DNA from: an uncultured Nitrospiraceae bacterium
Lineage (GTDB): Bacteria; Nitrospirota; Thermodesulfovibrionia; Thermodesulfovibrionales; Dissulfurispiraceae
DNA length: 64,000 nucleotides
Direction: 5' to 3'
NCBI GenBank assembly: GCA_963705105.1
Contig: CAVPIW010000006.1
Location: 928,001 to 992,000 of the forward strand
Shown: positions 37,967-49,924 of the stretch, in pieces
Numbering within the stretch: the stretch's first letter is position 1
Layout: each line of letters opens with the position of its first letter
Notes under the pieces: model-generated
The model's input: the letters and a program-made list of their open reading frames with translations, nothing else
What the model was told of the DNA's origin: nothing
Database searches by the model: none
Translations under genes and position numbers: made by a program

Positions 37967-38776
37967 TTAGTGATGCAACCGTTTTTGAATCTTGGCAAGA
38001 GCCTCTTCTGCTTCATCTCGTACAACCTTCTCCTTATCTGTCAAAAGTGCTGTTAGAATAGGAATCGCTTGCTCATTACCTATTTCACCGAGCGAAAACG
38101 CCGACCACATGCGGACATAGTGGTCAGGATCACTTGAACTTGCAATTAAAGCATCCTGAGCCGATGGATCGTGGAGAAGGCCTATGGCATGCGCTGCGAC
38201 CGCTCGCACATTAGGATTCTTATGATGCAATGCGCTGAGAAAAGGTTCTTTCCCATGTTTCATGAGTTTTCGCGCAGCGGCCGTATGCACTCTTATATTA
38301 TTGTCTCCCATTAATTCTATTAATGTCGGCACATCATCGGGGAGCATTTTATCCTCCGACATATACGCGGTCCCAAAAGAAATAATAATAGCTACCAAAG
38401 GAAAAACCAAAAGCCGCGTATTAAATATTGAACTAACGGCATCGTGCGTCTTTTTCAAAGAGAGGATATAAACTGAGAGTGTTGTCGCTAGTGTCAAGCC
38501 GATCGAAAGCCACGGTCGCCCTGTAAGACCGGAGCTCAGGGCAACCGGAAAAGCAAGAGAAAAACAGAGGACCAGCATCTCAAAGACATTACCGCGGACT
38601 CTCCGTAGCATGAAAAGTGGCGACAGGAACAGCCCAAGCATACCGCCCATTACAGCTCCGATATATGGGCCGACAGGCGAATCAATTGCGAGTGCCATTG
38701 ACATTGAGGTACCCGCAATGTTGCCAAGCGCGACTCCGGCGACCAGGCAAAATAGGATTATGGTCAGCTTATTCAT
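37967..38776 (-). CDS. Membrane protein with C-terminal HEAT/PBS-lyase repeats, candidate immunity protein
   Basis: About five TM segments then VR..AA.A(I/L)G repeats; directly downstream of an RHS C-terminal domain. Confidence 0.75.
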   Translation of the reverse strand: MNKLTIILFCLVAGVALGNIAGTSMSMALAIDSPVGPYIGAVMGGMLGLFLSPLFMLRRVRGNVFEMLVLCFSLAFPVALSSGLTGRPWLSIGLTLATTLSVYILSLKKTHDAVSSIFNTRLLVFPLVAIIISFGTAYMSEDKMLPDDVPTLIELMGDNNIRVHTAAARKLMKHGKEPFLSALHHKNPNVRAVAAHAIGLLHDPSAQDALIASSSDPDHYVRMWSAFSLGEIGNEQAIPILTALLTDKEKVVRDEAEEALAKIQKRLHH

Positions 38777-38798
38777 TTACACTTCACCGTGCTGGACC

Positions 38799-39270
38799 TC
38801 AGTTCTTACACTCACATTTCTCCATCTGATACTTTCTACACTTAGCCTGGGAATCCCGCAGCCTATCTACTGGAGGCGGCCCACCAAGAACCGTTGCCAC
38901 TCCGTAGAAAAATGCGTGAGCCGCGTCTCCCCCGCAGCCCTCATTATATATCTTTCTGAGACAGCATCGAACAAGTCGCGACCAAATATCGTTCCCAGCG
39001 CACTCGCAAAAAACATTCGGCATTTGCGCCGGCATACTCGTAACAATAAGAGTACTCATCACACCTGAACTTGTGTTCGTGCAATCCTGGCCAACAAACC
39101 AACTCATAAGACCCTGGGGGTCAACGAACTTCAGCGGATTATTTGCCGCATAGACATAAAGATGATTCTTGCCCTTCTGAGATTGTCCCCTTCGATCTTT
39201 CCACTAGGCTGACCGTTCAGGTGTATGTACTCCGTTGTGATCGTCCCGTCTGCCGCGGATTCCGCTATGA
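38799..39270 (-). pseudogene. Orphan RHS fragment: broken core plus intact ~102-aa C-terminal (toxin) domain
   Basis: [22 protein letters not shown] core piece, then in another frame NHLYVYAANNPLKFVDPQGL running in-frame into ORF 38799-39107. Confidence 0.82.
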
Positions 39271-39274
39271 GCGT

Positions 39275-39560
39275 CGGTCGCTGCCGTAATGAATCGCCCT
39301 TGCCGCCAGCTCCTTCCCCGTGCCGCTCTCCCCCTGGATCAGGACCGGGTGCTTTTGATCCCCTTGAAGGTCTCGATACCGTCCATGCCGGGCAGGTTCT
39401 TGTCGATGAAGGCAAGGTCGAGCCCGGGGCTGCGCCTGACGATCTCCATGCCATCCTCTCCCGATGCAGCGGTCAGGACACCGTACTAGTCCCCGAGGGT
39501 CTCCCTGAAAAGTTCGAGGATGGTCCTCTCCTCGTCGATGATAAGAATCCGGCTCTTCAT
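39275..39560 (-). pseudogene. Degraded NtrC-type sigma54 response regulator
   Basis: [11 protein letters not shown], in-frame [17 protein letters not shown] receiver, then [13 protein letters not shown]alker A after a deletion. Confidence 0.8.
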
Positions 39561-39582
39561 GACGCGTCCCGGCAGTCCTCCC

Positions 39583-41019
39583 TCACTGTTTCGTCATCAA
39601 GAACAACTCCAGGGGAATAATCAAAAAACCGTCCTCTCTTTCAAGCGTGTTCTTCGAAACGAGGATACCCTTTTTGAATCCGAGCTTTTTCATCAGTTTG
39701 AAGTCGGCAAGTCCTGCATCCTTCTGGTATTTCACTTCGACGGGCAGCAACTGACCGTCCCTTTTTATGATGAAATCGATCTCTCCCCCGTTTTTCCAGA
39801 AATGGACATTGGAGCTCATCCAGTCATACCGGTCGTACCTGTCAAACAGTTCGTTCGCCACGACCATCTCTGCAAGCCGGGCCTTGAGGTCCGTCCCGGC
39901 AAGAGCCTTCGTGATTGTATTCGGGTACACCAGCCATTTGTCGATCCAGCCCCGGAGGGTCCAGAAGATGAAAGGATCGAGGAAGTATGCCTTTTTCAGC
40001 TTCTTGATCCTCGGCCGCATGGTATGGATATCTATCTGATAGAGCGTTTTCAGGACAAAGAAATCCTCCATCTCTTCCATGTATTCCGAGACCGTGCGGT
40101 GTGAGGCCACATCCGTCTTCTTTGCGACGGTCTCCCATCCGAAGGCGCTGACGGAGATGCGCATGAGCGCATCGATGATCTGCCTCGCCGTGCGCTCGCT
40201 CCTTCCCGCCCGCGCTATGTCGCCCCTGAACCACTGCTGGTAAAGCTCGTATACGTCAAACCCTATCTCCTGCTTCGAGAAGTATTCGTTGATCGCCCTC
40301 ATGATACCGCCGGTAAGGAGGTACTGATCGAAAAGAACGGACAGCTCCCCGAGCTGCGGCATCAGGGAAACCAAGAGACTCATGTCCTTTTCGTCAGGGG
40401 AGAATATATCTATGTCGTTGGTGATCTTTTGCGCAAGGACGGGATGCACAAGGCCGGTGAATTGCCTGAATTTCAGCGGCAGGAGCAGGCGGTCAGGATT
40501 CTGTATCGCACCCCTTCTGCCCGGAAGCCGCTCGATGCCTTTTCTCAGGTCTGAGGCGTTCGAGCCTGTGAGAACCATACCCGCCTGGGAGAGCCGCCCG
40601 AGGTCTGCAAGGTGCTTGATCCCCCGCTGCCAGTCCCTGACCGATGTGATCTCGTCAAGAAAGATGTATAGCCTCTCTTTCCCGAGATTGAGCTTGCCTG
40701 TATGGGAGAGGTACGTTTCAAGAAGCTCGACGAGTTCCTTGCCGTCATCGATCGTATCGCAGCTGAAGTACATGACCTGTTCTTTCCGGACGTCCTCTCT
40801 TCTGAGCAGGTCTTTGATGAGTATCTTGAGGGCCGTGGTTTTGCCCACCTGTCTCGGCCCCCGTAATGTGTAGACCGAAAACTCGTCGAGCCGGAATTCG
40901 TCTATGACCTCAGGCCTCCAATGGAACTTCCGGGTGGCGAGTTCGGCTATTCTGGGGTCTTGTTCAATAAGCCCCTTGTCCTGCCACCATATGTTCTGAT
41001 TAAAAATCTTCTCAATCAT
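39583..41019 (-). CDS. AAA_14/DUF4143-type ATP-binding protein
   Basis: LRGPRQVGKTT, IFLDEI, LTGSNA, YLLTGG, KKAYFLDP, EIDFII..PVEVKY. Confidence 0.88.
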   Translation of the reverse strand: MIEKIFNQNIWWQDKGLIEQDPRIAELATRKFHWRPEVIDEFRLDEFSVYTLRGPRQVGKTTALKILIKDLLRREDVRKEQVMYFSCDTIDDGKELVELLETYLSHTGKLNLGKERLYIFLDEITSVRDWQRGIKHLADLGRLSQAGMVLTGSNASDLRKGIERLPGRRGAIQNPDRLLLPLKFRQFTGLVHPVLAQKITNDIDIFSPDEKDMSLLVSLMPQLGELSVLFDQYLLTGGIMRAINEYFSKQEIGFDVYELYQQWFRGDIARAGRSERTARQIIDALMRISVSAFGWETVAKKTDVASHRTVSEYMEEMEDFFVLKTLYQIDIHTMRPRIKKLKKAYFLDPFIFWTLRGWIDKWLVYPNTITKALAGTDLKARLAEMVVANELFDRYDRYDWMSSNVHFWKNGGEIDFIIKRDGQLLPVEVKYQKDAGLADFKLMKKLGFKKGILVSKNTLEREDGFLIIPLELFLMTKQ

Positions 41020-41346
41020 GAGAACAATAATACCATATTATTCTTAAATATGATATCTGAAATATCCACTTTTGGGTAATGAGTGGTTCGTGCACAAGAC
41101 CAGCCGCCACTTCGGCGAAGGATGAGAGGCGGGCGGTTGCCGGACTCGAGGGGATGCGAATCTCTTGTCGCTGATGATTTGGGGAAACTTGGCTCTTGCC
41201 GGCACGGGCACCTTTTACGTACTCTCGGAAGAAGTCCGGGAAGAATCTCGTACACTCACGCTGTCTGTATTGACAAAGCTTGACAAAGCATGGAAACTAT
41301 GATCAGAATTTAAGCCGCAGCGCAACATAACACAGAGGAGGGTGCA

Positions 41347-41733
41347 ATGAATCCTGAGGACCTCAAATACCACAGGGAGCACACGTGGGTGAAAGTGTCA
41401 GGGCGCAGGGCGACGATCGGCATCACGGATTATGCTCAGGACGCTCTCGGCGATATCGTCTATATTGACCTCCCCGATACGGATAGCCACGTGGCCGTGA
41501 ATACCGAGCTCGGAGAGATCGAATCCACGAAAGCCACGTCTGCGATCATTGCGCCCGTGAGCGGGACGATCGTCGACATCAATGAAAAACTGAGCGACTC
41601 CCCGGAGATCATCAATGAAGACCCCTTCGGAAACGGCTGGATAGTCGTTATCGACATGGAAGACGCGACGGAACTGGATGAGCTCATGGACGCCGACGAG
41701 TACGAGCGCTATATCGAGGAAGAGTCCAAGTGA
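41347..41733 (+). CDS. gcvH: Glycine cleavage system H (lipoyl carrier) protein
   Basis: Y..EHTWV, IGITDYAQDALGDIVY, IESTKA lipoyl-Lys, INEDPFGNGW. Confidence 0.95.
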   Translation: MNPEDLKYHREHTWVKVSGRRATIGITDYAQDALGDIVYIDLPDTDSHVAVNTELGEIESTKATSAIIAPVSGTIVDINEKLSDSPEIINEDPFGNGWIVVIDMEDATELDELMDADEYERYIEEESK

Positions 41734-43115
41734 GGCTGACCGTCATCGGCGCCGGCCCGGGCGGGTACGTTGCCGCCCTGAAAGCGGCCCAGCTCGGAGC
41801 TGCCGTGACGGTCGTCGAGACCTATGAAGTCGGCGGCACCTGCCTGAACTGGGGATGCATCCCGACGAAGTCCCTCGTCTCCTCCGCCGAAGCCTTCCAC
41901 ACCGTCAAGAGGGCGGGAGACTTCGGCATCGATCTGTCGGGCACGGCCGCGCCGAACATGACGAAGATCATGGAACGAAAAGGCAAAGTCGTCTCGACGA
42001 TGATCAAGGGCATCCGCTCCCTCTTCAAGAGCTGGGGAGTGACGCTGATCGAGGGCAGAGGGACTCTCAGAAGCCCCCGGGAGGTGACTGTCACCCGGCC
42101 GGACGGCTCCACGGAGACGATAGGCTCCGACGCCGTCATCATCGCAACGGGATCAAAGCCTGCCGCATTGCCCCTCTTCCCCTTCGACGGGGACCGCATC
42201 CTGTCCAGTGACGACGCCGTGAATCTGCCTGCACTGCCGAAGAGCATCATCATGATCGGCGGCGGCGTCATCGGCTGCGAGTTCGCCTGCATCTTCCAGG
42301 AACTCGGCTCCGACGTCTCCGTCATCGAGGCGCTCCCCCGCATCCTCGCGACGGAGGACCCCGCGGTCTCCGAGCTCATGGAGCGCGAATTCAAGAAACG
42401 GAAGATCTCCGTCTTTGCTTCCGCAACAGTGGAAAAGGTGACCAGGTCTGATGAGGATGTGAGGGTCATCCTCGCGGGAGGACGGGAACTCGCAGCCGAG
42501 AAACTCCTCGTCTCCGTGGGCCGGACCTTCAATACCGACGGCATCGGCGCCGACGAGATCGGTATTCAGAGGGGAACAAAAGGGGAGATCAGTGTGAACA
42601 GCCGCATGGAGACTGACGTCGCAGGAGTGTACGCCGTCGGCGATATTACCGGCGGGATGCTCCTCGCCCACAAGGCATCGAGGGAGGGCGTCGTCGCCGC
42701 GTATAATGCCTGCGGCATACCGAAGGAGATGCAGTACGACGTCATTCCCGCCGCGATTTTCACGTCGCCGGAGATCGGCTCCGTCGGCCTGCGGGAGCAT
42801 CATGCCGCGGAACGGGGGATAGCGGTCAGGACGGGCAATTTCCAGTACCGGACCCTAGGCAGGGCCCATGCCATGGGAGAGATCACAGGCTTTTTCAAGA
42901 TCGTCGCCGACGCCCGATCCGACCGTGTCCTGGGTGTGCACATTGTCGGCCCCCATGCCTCGGACATCGTTCACGAGGGGGCCCTCGCCATCAAGACAGG
43001 ATTGACGGTCCGCCAGGTCGCCGACCTCGTCCATGCCCATCCGACCCTTTCGGAGGGGTTCATGGAGTGCGCCGACGACGCCCTCGGCGGGGCCATCCAC
43101 GCATTGAAACGATGA
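41730..43115 (+). CDS. lpdA: Dihydrolipoyl dehydrogenase
   Basis: GAGPGGYVAA, GGTCLNWGCIPTK redox disulfide, HAHPTLSE. Confidence 0.96.
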   Translation: MRLTVIGAGPGGYVAALKAAQLGAAVTVVETYEVGGTCLNWGCIPTKSLVSSAEAFHTVKRAGDFGIDLSGTAAPNMTKIMERKGKVVSTMIKGIRSLFKSWGVTLIEGRGTLRSPREVTVTRPDGSTETIGSDAVIIATGSKPAALPLFPFDGDRILSSDDAVNLPALPKSIIMIGGGVIGCEFACIFQELGSDVSVIEALPRILATEDPAVSELMEREFKKRKISVFASATVEKVTRSDEDVRVILAGGRELAAEKLLVSVGRTFNTDGIGADEIGIQRGTKGEISVNSRMETDVAGVYAVGDITGGMLLAHKASREGVVAAYNACGIPKEMQYDVIPAAIFTSPEIGSVGLREHHAAERGIAVRTGNFQYRTLGRAHAMGEITGFFKIVADARSDRVLGVHIVGPHASDIVHEGALAIKTGLTVRQVADLVHAHPTLSEGFMECADDALGGAIHALKR

Positions 43116-43155
43116 ACAGGGCAGCTCGCTCTGAAATCTACTGAAAAAGAGGTAA

Positions 43156-44437
<1,282 letters not shown>

Positions 44438-44439
<2 letters not shown>

Positions 44440-44638
44440 CCTTATCGCTGCAATACAGTCCCGGAAAGGCGGGGCCGGGGTGAATGCGCCGAAAACCTTG
44501 CTGCGGCGACACCTGTAACGTGACGGAAGGCGAGGCATACGCCGATGTCAGGAGAACTGGACATCTTTTCCGACACTGACACTCACACTGACACTGACAC
44601 TTTTTTCAGAGCGCTTCGCCTCGGCTTCGCTCTGCAAC
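44438..44638 (+). repeat. Intergenic repeat family copy 7 (family ends, different interior)
   Basis: AACCTTATCGCTGCAATAC..CCGGAAAGGCGG left end and CACTGACACT..TTTTCAGAGCGCTTCGCC..TGCAAC right end. Confidence 0.85.
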
Positions 44639-44651
44639 TGGTAGGATAAAC

Positions 44652-45008
44652 GTGGCTCTTAGGAACGCAAGAACGTCGGGAGGACCAGGAACGCTCCGGC
44701 AAATCACTGCCGTCGAAACGAAGCGGCGGGTCCTCCTGTTTTCCTGCCTCATCCTCGTCATCCTCGGCTACTTCATGGTGCATCTCATCTTCGGCAACAA
44801 GGGCCTGATCAAATACCAGCATCTCCAGAGGACGAAGCAGACCCTCGAACAGGAAATCACGGCCATGGAGAAGGAAAACAAAATCCTGAGGGAGAAGACG
44901 AAGCAGATCGAGCAGGACCCGTACTACATCGAGAAACACGCCCGGGAGGAATTCAACATGTCCAAGCCGGGCGAATACATCTTCCAGTTCCAGGAAAATG
45001 ACAAGTAG
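44652..45008 (+). CDS. ftsB: Septum formation initiator FtsB/DivIC
   Basis: One TM, FGNKGL, coiled coil, YIEKHAREEFNMSKPGE; follows eno. Confidence 0.85.
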   Translation: MALRNARTSGGPGTLRQITAVETKRRVLLFSCLILVILGYFMVHLIFGNKGLIKYQHLQRTKQTLEQEITAMEKENKILREKTKQIEQDPYYIEKHAREEFNMSKPGEYIFQFQENDK

Positions 45009-47214
45009 GCCCCTTCGTATCGTCTTTCTCTGGCACATGCATCAGCCCAACTACAAGGACCCCCTGACGGGCGTTTTCCGGCTGCCCTGGGTGCGCCTTC
45101 ACGGGGTGAAGGACTACCTCGACATGGTCGAGATACTGGACGACTTCCCCGCTATCCACCAGACCTTCAACCTCGTCCCTTCCCTGCTCGCCCAGCTCAC
45201 CGATTACCTCGACAACAGCGCCAGTGACCGGTACCTCGACCTGACGCTGAAAAACCCGTCGGACATGACGGAAGGCGAGAAGCTCTTCGTCGTCGAGAAT
45301 TTCTTCCTTGCAAACTGGGACAACCTGATCAAGCCTTTCCCCCGGTACTATGAGCTCCTCACGAAACGGGGCTTCCGGTTCACCAAGGCCGACGTCAAGA
45401 GGGTGACGAAGTACTTCACGAACGAAGACGTGCGCGACCTCCAGGTCCTCTTCAACCTCAGCTGGATCGACCCCATGTACCGCAACGCCGATCCGTTCCT
45501 GACGGAGCTCGCCGCCAAGGGAAAGGATTACACGGAAGAGGAAAAAGAGATCCTCATCGCGAAACAGTTCGAGTTGCTCAGGCGGATCATTCCCGCCTAC
45601 AAGAGCGCCAGGGACAGGGGGCAGATCGAGATCTCGGTAACGCCTTTCTATCACCCTATCCTGCCCCTCCTCTGGGACACGGAATCAGCCAGGATGTCCA
45701 TGCCCCAGGTCCGCCTGCCCCGGCAGAGGTTCCGGCACCCCGAGGACGCCACTGCCCAGATCAGGATGGGCATCGAGTATTTTGAGAAACTGTTCGGATT
45801 CAGGGCCCAGGGCATGTGGCCGTCGGAAGGGTCCGTCAGCGAGGATGTTCTCCATGCGATCGCCGCAGAGGGCATCACATGGGTGGCGACGGATGAGGAG
45901 ATCCTCGCCCGGTCCATCGGGTGGCCCCTGAGAAGCCCCGAGGGGTATCCCACGGAGCCGGCGATGCTTTACAGGCCCTACGAGTACGGGGGCGTCTCCA
46001 TATTCTTCAGGGACCACAAACTCTCCGATCTCATCGGTTTTGTCTATTCGGGATGGGACGCCGGGCGGGCCGTCGACGACTTCATGGCGAAGCTCCTGGC
46101 CGTGCGTCACAGCCTGCCGGGAGACAGGGACTTCGTCGTCCCGATCATCCTCGACGGGGAGAACGCCTGGGAGTATTACCGGAATGACGGTCATGACTTT
46201 CTCCGCGGCCTCTACCACGCCCTTAGCAACGACGACAGGTTCAGGACCGTCACGTGCTCGGAGTTCCTGCGGGAGTCGGCGGCCGATCACCTCCACCGGC
46301 TCCATACGGGCTCATGGATAAACGGGAATTTCGGCATCTGGATCGGCCATGAAGAAGACAACCTCGCCTGGGATTACCTGTCCATGACGAGGGACGACCT
46401 GGCGGCCTTTCAGGCGGCAAACCCCGGCCTCGACCTCTCGGAGGCCTGGGATGCGCTCTACGCGGCCGAGGGAAGCGACTGGAACTGGTGGTACGGCGAC
46501 GATCACGCGACGGAGACCCAGGAAGACTTCGACGAGCTCTTCCGTGGATACCTGATGAAGGTCTACAAGGTCATGAACAGGGACATTCCCTATCAGCTCC
46601 ACATTCCGATCCTGATCGAGGACCGCAGCGTCGTGCCGTCCACGTTGATCCGCGGATTCATTCGCCCGAAGATCGACGGCTTCGTGACGAGCTATTTCGA
46701 GTGGCACCAGGCGGCTTCGCTGGACATGAAAAGGTCCGGCGGGAGCATGCACAAATCGGAGAGCCTCATATCGGCCCTTTATTTCGGCTTCGACAAGGAC
46801 ACGCTTTATCTGCGCGCCGACCCGGCCACTCCTTTCAGTGAGATGAAGGAGCGCATCATGGTCAACATCAATCTTGTCGTCGGCAGCACCTTCAGGGTCG
46901 TCTGCAACCTGATGAGCAAACCGCCCGCAGCACTGCTCTTCGAGAAAAAGGGCGAGGAGTGGTCGGCCGGCACGACCGTCCCTGATGTCGCCGCCGAAGA
47001 TGTCTTCGAGATCGCTATTCCCTTCTCGATGGTCAGGGGAAACGTAAATGATGAGATACATCTCTCTCTCGACGTCATCCGCAACGGCGAGGAGATGATG
47101 TCGCCCCGCGAACAGGCTCTGAAAGGCGTGGAGTCCGTCGACCGCTGTCCCTGGAGGGGATACATCACCATCACCGTCCCCTCACCCGATTACGAGATCC
47201 TCATGTGGTATTAG
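44998..47214 (+). CDS. Glycoside hydrolase family 57 (amylopullulanase-like)
   Basis: FLWHMHQP, LPWVRLH, PFYHPILPLL, GMWPSEG, ILDGENAWE, AEGSDWNWWY. Confidence 0.93.
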   Translation: MTSRPLRIVFLWHMHQPNYKDPLTGVFRLPWVRLHGVKDYLDMVEILDDFPAIHQTFNLVPSLLAQLTDYLDNSASDRYLDLTLKNPSDMTEGEKLFVVENFFLANWDNLIKPFPRYYELLTKRGFRFTKADVKRVTKYFTNEDVRDLQVLFNLSWIDPMYRNADPFLTELAAKGKDYTEEEKEILIAKQFELLRRIIPAYKSARDRGQIEISVTPFYHPILPLLWDTESARMSMPQVRLPRQRFRHPEDATAQIRMGIEYFEKLFGFRAQGMWPSEGSVSEDVLHAIAAEGITWVATDEEILARSIGWPLRSPEGYPTEPAMLYRPYEYGGVSIFFRDHKLSDLIGFVYSGWDAGRAVDDFMAKLLAVRHSLPGDRDFVVPIILDGENAWEYYRNDGHDFLRGLYHALSNDDRFRTVTCSEFLRESAADHLHRLHTGSWINGNFGIWIGHEEDNLAWDYLSMTRDDLAAFQAANPGLDLSEAWDALYAAEGSDWNWWYGDDHATETQEDFDELFRGYLMKVYKVMNRDIPYQLHIPILIEDRSVVPSTLIRGFIRPKIDGFVTSYFEWHQAASLDMKRSGGSMHKSESLISALYFGFDKDTLYLRADPATPFSEMKERIMVNINLVVGSTFRVVCNLMSKPPAALLFEKKGEEWSAGTTVPDVAAEDVFEIAIPFSMVRGNVNDEIHLSLDVIRNGEEMMSPREQALKGVESVDRCPWRGYITITVPSPDYEILMWY

Positions 47215-47221
47215 CCTTACA

Positions 47222-47603
47222 GTTGAATGAAAAGGCGGGGCGAAGCGCTCTGAAAAAACAGTGTCAGTGTCAGTGTCAGTGAAAGGAATAATTCTTATAT
47301 GTACGCTGCCTCCGGGAAGGCAGATATGGTTCAAAGCCTTTCCAATGCGATGATGAGACATCTCGAGGTGTTCAGCGCCTGTTGGCTGACGGGCATTCGG
47401 TATCAATCGACACGGCAAAGGGTGGTCCGGTGACGAATAAGGTATCTTAGCGGAAAGGCTTTTCACCACATCAGACTTCCCGTCGTGACGCACGTGGTTT
47501 TGTGTCCATTGTCGAGTGTCGTTCTATGACTTAGTGACTCAATGACTTAATGACTCTTGCGGTGGCATCTTCGCTCCGCCTTTCCGGTTAAGTCTTACGC
47601 AAC
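47222..47603 (-). repeat. Intergenic repeat family copy 8 (long form, reverse orientation; inner module 47314-47481)
   Basis: Both family ends, ATGACT repeats, CAGTGT hexamers and the 168-bp module. Confidence 0.94.
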
Positions 47604-47663
47604 GGTTAACGTGACAGTATTTGCGACAGTGTCTGTGTCTGAAGAAAAAATAGGGAGGGTGCG

Positions 47664-48131
47664 ATGAAGGTCAAGGATTTGATGATCCCGCTGTCTGAAT
47701 GTCCCCATGTGGCGGAGGACAGGAGTCTTCAGGCAGCCATCATAATGCTCTCGGCATTCCGGCGGAGACTCAGGGATTCCGACTACCCGCCCCGCTTCGT
47801 GCTGGTCACGGACTCACAATACCGGGTCGTGGGTGTCCTGCGGCACCTCGAGATACTGAGGGGCCTTGCCCGTGCCGCCGGGGGCGGCGCGTCTCATGCC
47901 GAACTGATAGCGCTCGCACCCCGCGTCACGGCGAGGGAAGCGATGACCGTCTACAGCGAGTCGGAACATGTCGATGCCTCCGCATCCCTGGAGGAAGCCG
48001 TCGAACAGATGCTCAGCGGCTCTTTCCGTCACCTCCTCGTCGATGAAGGCGGCACGACGATCGGTATCCTCAGGCTGTCCGAGGTCTTCGCAAGGATCTG
48101 CAGGGATATCGGGAGGACCGCGAAGGAATAG
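47664..48131 (+). CDS. CBS-domain protein
   Basis: MKVKDLMIP and two CBS-like units (VVGVL, TIGIL). Confidence 0.8.
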   Translation: MKVKDLMIPLSECPHVAEDRSLQAAIIMLSAFRRRLRDSDYPPRFVLVTDSQYRVVGVLRHLEILRGLARAAGGGASHAELIALAPRVTAREAMTVYSESEHVDASASLEEAVEQMLSGSFRHLLVDEGGTTIGILRLSEVFARICRDIGRTAKE

Positions 48132-48203
48132 CCGGCGGGTGCATCATCAGGATAGTGACAGCGAGGTGATTTCCCGAACCAAAGAAAGAGGAGGACGGAC
48201 ACG

Positions 48204-49755
48204 ATGGCTGAAGAGAAAATCGCCGAGATAAGGGAAACGCTGTCCGAGCGGGAAGAAGCCTTCGAAAAATGGAGAAACACCATCGGCCTCTTTCTCGGAC
48301 CGCTGTTGGCGATCGTCGTGTACTCTCTGGACATGCCCGCCCTGAGCCCCAAGGCGCACATTCTCGCTGCGGTCCTTGCCTGGACGGTCGTGTGGTGGAT
48401 CTGCGAACCCGTTCCCCTGGCAATGACGGCCCTGGGAAGTTCGGTGCTCTGTGTCGTCCTCGGTGTTGAAGGCGCGAAGAAGGTCTTCGCACCCTATGCC
48501 GATCCGATCATTTTTCTATTTCTCGGCAGCTTCATCCTTGCCGAGGCAATGGCCCTCCACGGGCTCGACAAGCGTTTCGCCTATGGGATCATGTCGATGA
48601 AGACCGTCGGCAACAGCACGGGCCGCATCCTCGGCGCCTTCGGCTTCATCTGCGCCTTTCTTTCCATGTGGATCAGCAACACCGCCGCCACGGCGATGAT
48701 GTTTCCCATCGCCCTCGGCATCGTCTACGCGATGGCGGACATCATGGCGAAACAGAAAGGCATGGACGTCGATCCGCTCAAACTTCGCTTCGGCACGGGC
48801 ATGATGCTCATGGCCGCCTACGCCGCCTCGGCGGGCGGCATCGCCACGCCCGTGGGAACGCCGCCGAACCTGATCGGCATCGCCCTGATCGAGAAGACCC
48901 TGGGGCTGAAGATCGCCTTTTTCCACTGGATGTCCTTTGCGGTGCCCCTGCTCTTCTTTCTCTTCGCGCTCCTCTACTTCCTCATGTATTACCTGCACAA
49001 ACCTGAACTTTCCCGTGTGGAGGGCGGCACCCAGTATGTCTCCCTCGAGCGGGCGAGACTTGGCAAATGGACAAGGGGCCAGAAGAACGCCCTCCTCTGC
49101 TTCCTCGTGACGGTCACGCTCTGGCTGATCCCCGGCTTCCTCGCCGTCCTGTACGGCGAAGGTTCGCCGGCTGCAAAGGAATACAGCAGGGTCATGCCCG
49201 AAGGGGTCGCCGCCCTGATCGGCGCGCTGCTCCTCTTCCTGCTCCCGACGGACTGGAGAAAGACGGGAGTTCACGATCACCTGGAAGCAGGCGACCAAAA
49301 TCGACTGGGGCACCCTCCTGCTCTTCGGCGGCGGCATAACGCTTGGCTCACTTATGTTCGAGACGAAGCTGGCCGACGTGATCGGCAGGAACCTGCTCCA
49401 GCTCAGCGGTGCGTCGACCACGTGGGGCATCACCTTCGGTGCAATCTTCATAGCGATCCTGGTGAGTGAGACCTCATCGAACACCGCGTCGGCCAACATG
49501 GTCGTGCCGGTGATGATCGCGCTTGCGCAGGCCGCGGGCGTCGATCCTGTGCCGCCGGCCATCGGCGCCACCCTCGGGGCGAGCTGGGGCTTCATGCTGC
49601 CCGTCTCGACGCCTCCCAACGCAATCGTCTACGGATCAGGGATGGTGCCGATCACGAAGATGATCAGGGCGGGCGTCTTCTTCGACATCCTCGGCGGCCT
49701 GGTCATCTGGGCCGGGCTTTACGTGCTTCTGCCGCTCGTGGGTCTCGCCAAATAG
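48204..49755 (+). pseudogene. DASS/SLC13 sodium:dicarboxylate or sulfate symporter split by a frameshift near 49260
   Basis: SMWISNTAAT and TPVGTPPN in the first frame; IDWGTLLLFGGG, SNTASA and FMLPVSTPPNAIVY in the shifted frame. Confidence 0.85.
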
Positions 49756-49761
49756 CGTTTC

Positions 49762-49815
49762 CCTTATCGGTGCACACGTCTCTCCGGAAAGGCGGGGTGT
49801 ATTGCAGCGACAAGG
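49762..49815. repeat. Minimal repeat-family remnant (two inverted left-end motifs)
   Basis: CCTTATCGGTGCA..CCGGAAAGGCGG..TGTATTGCAGCGACAAGG. Confidence 0.65.
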
Positions 49816-49924
49816 TTGATTCCCGATACGGCGCAACAGTTCCCGGAAGAACATCGTAGCCATAAGGAGGACTGTCCTCGTTTCAGATCATGCCGGTCAG
49901 CGATGATCCGGTAACCGGGACCTC

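Noticed and set aside
41347..43115. gcvH-lpdA without gcvP/gcvT as a novel lipoate system
   Set aside because: The other subunits can lie elsewhere in the genome; this cannot be judged from the window
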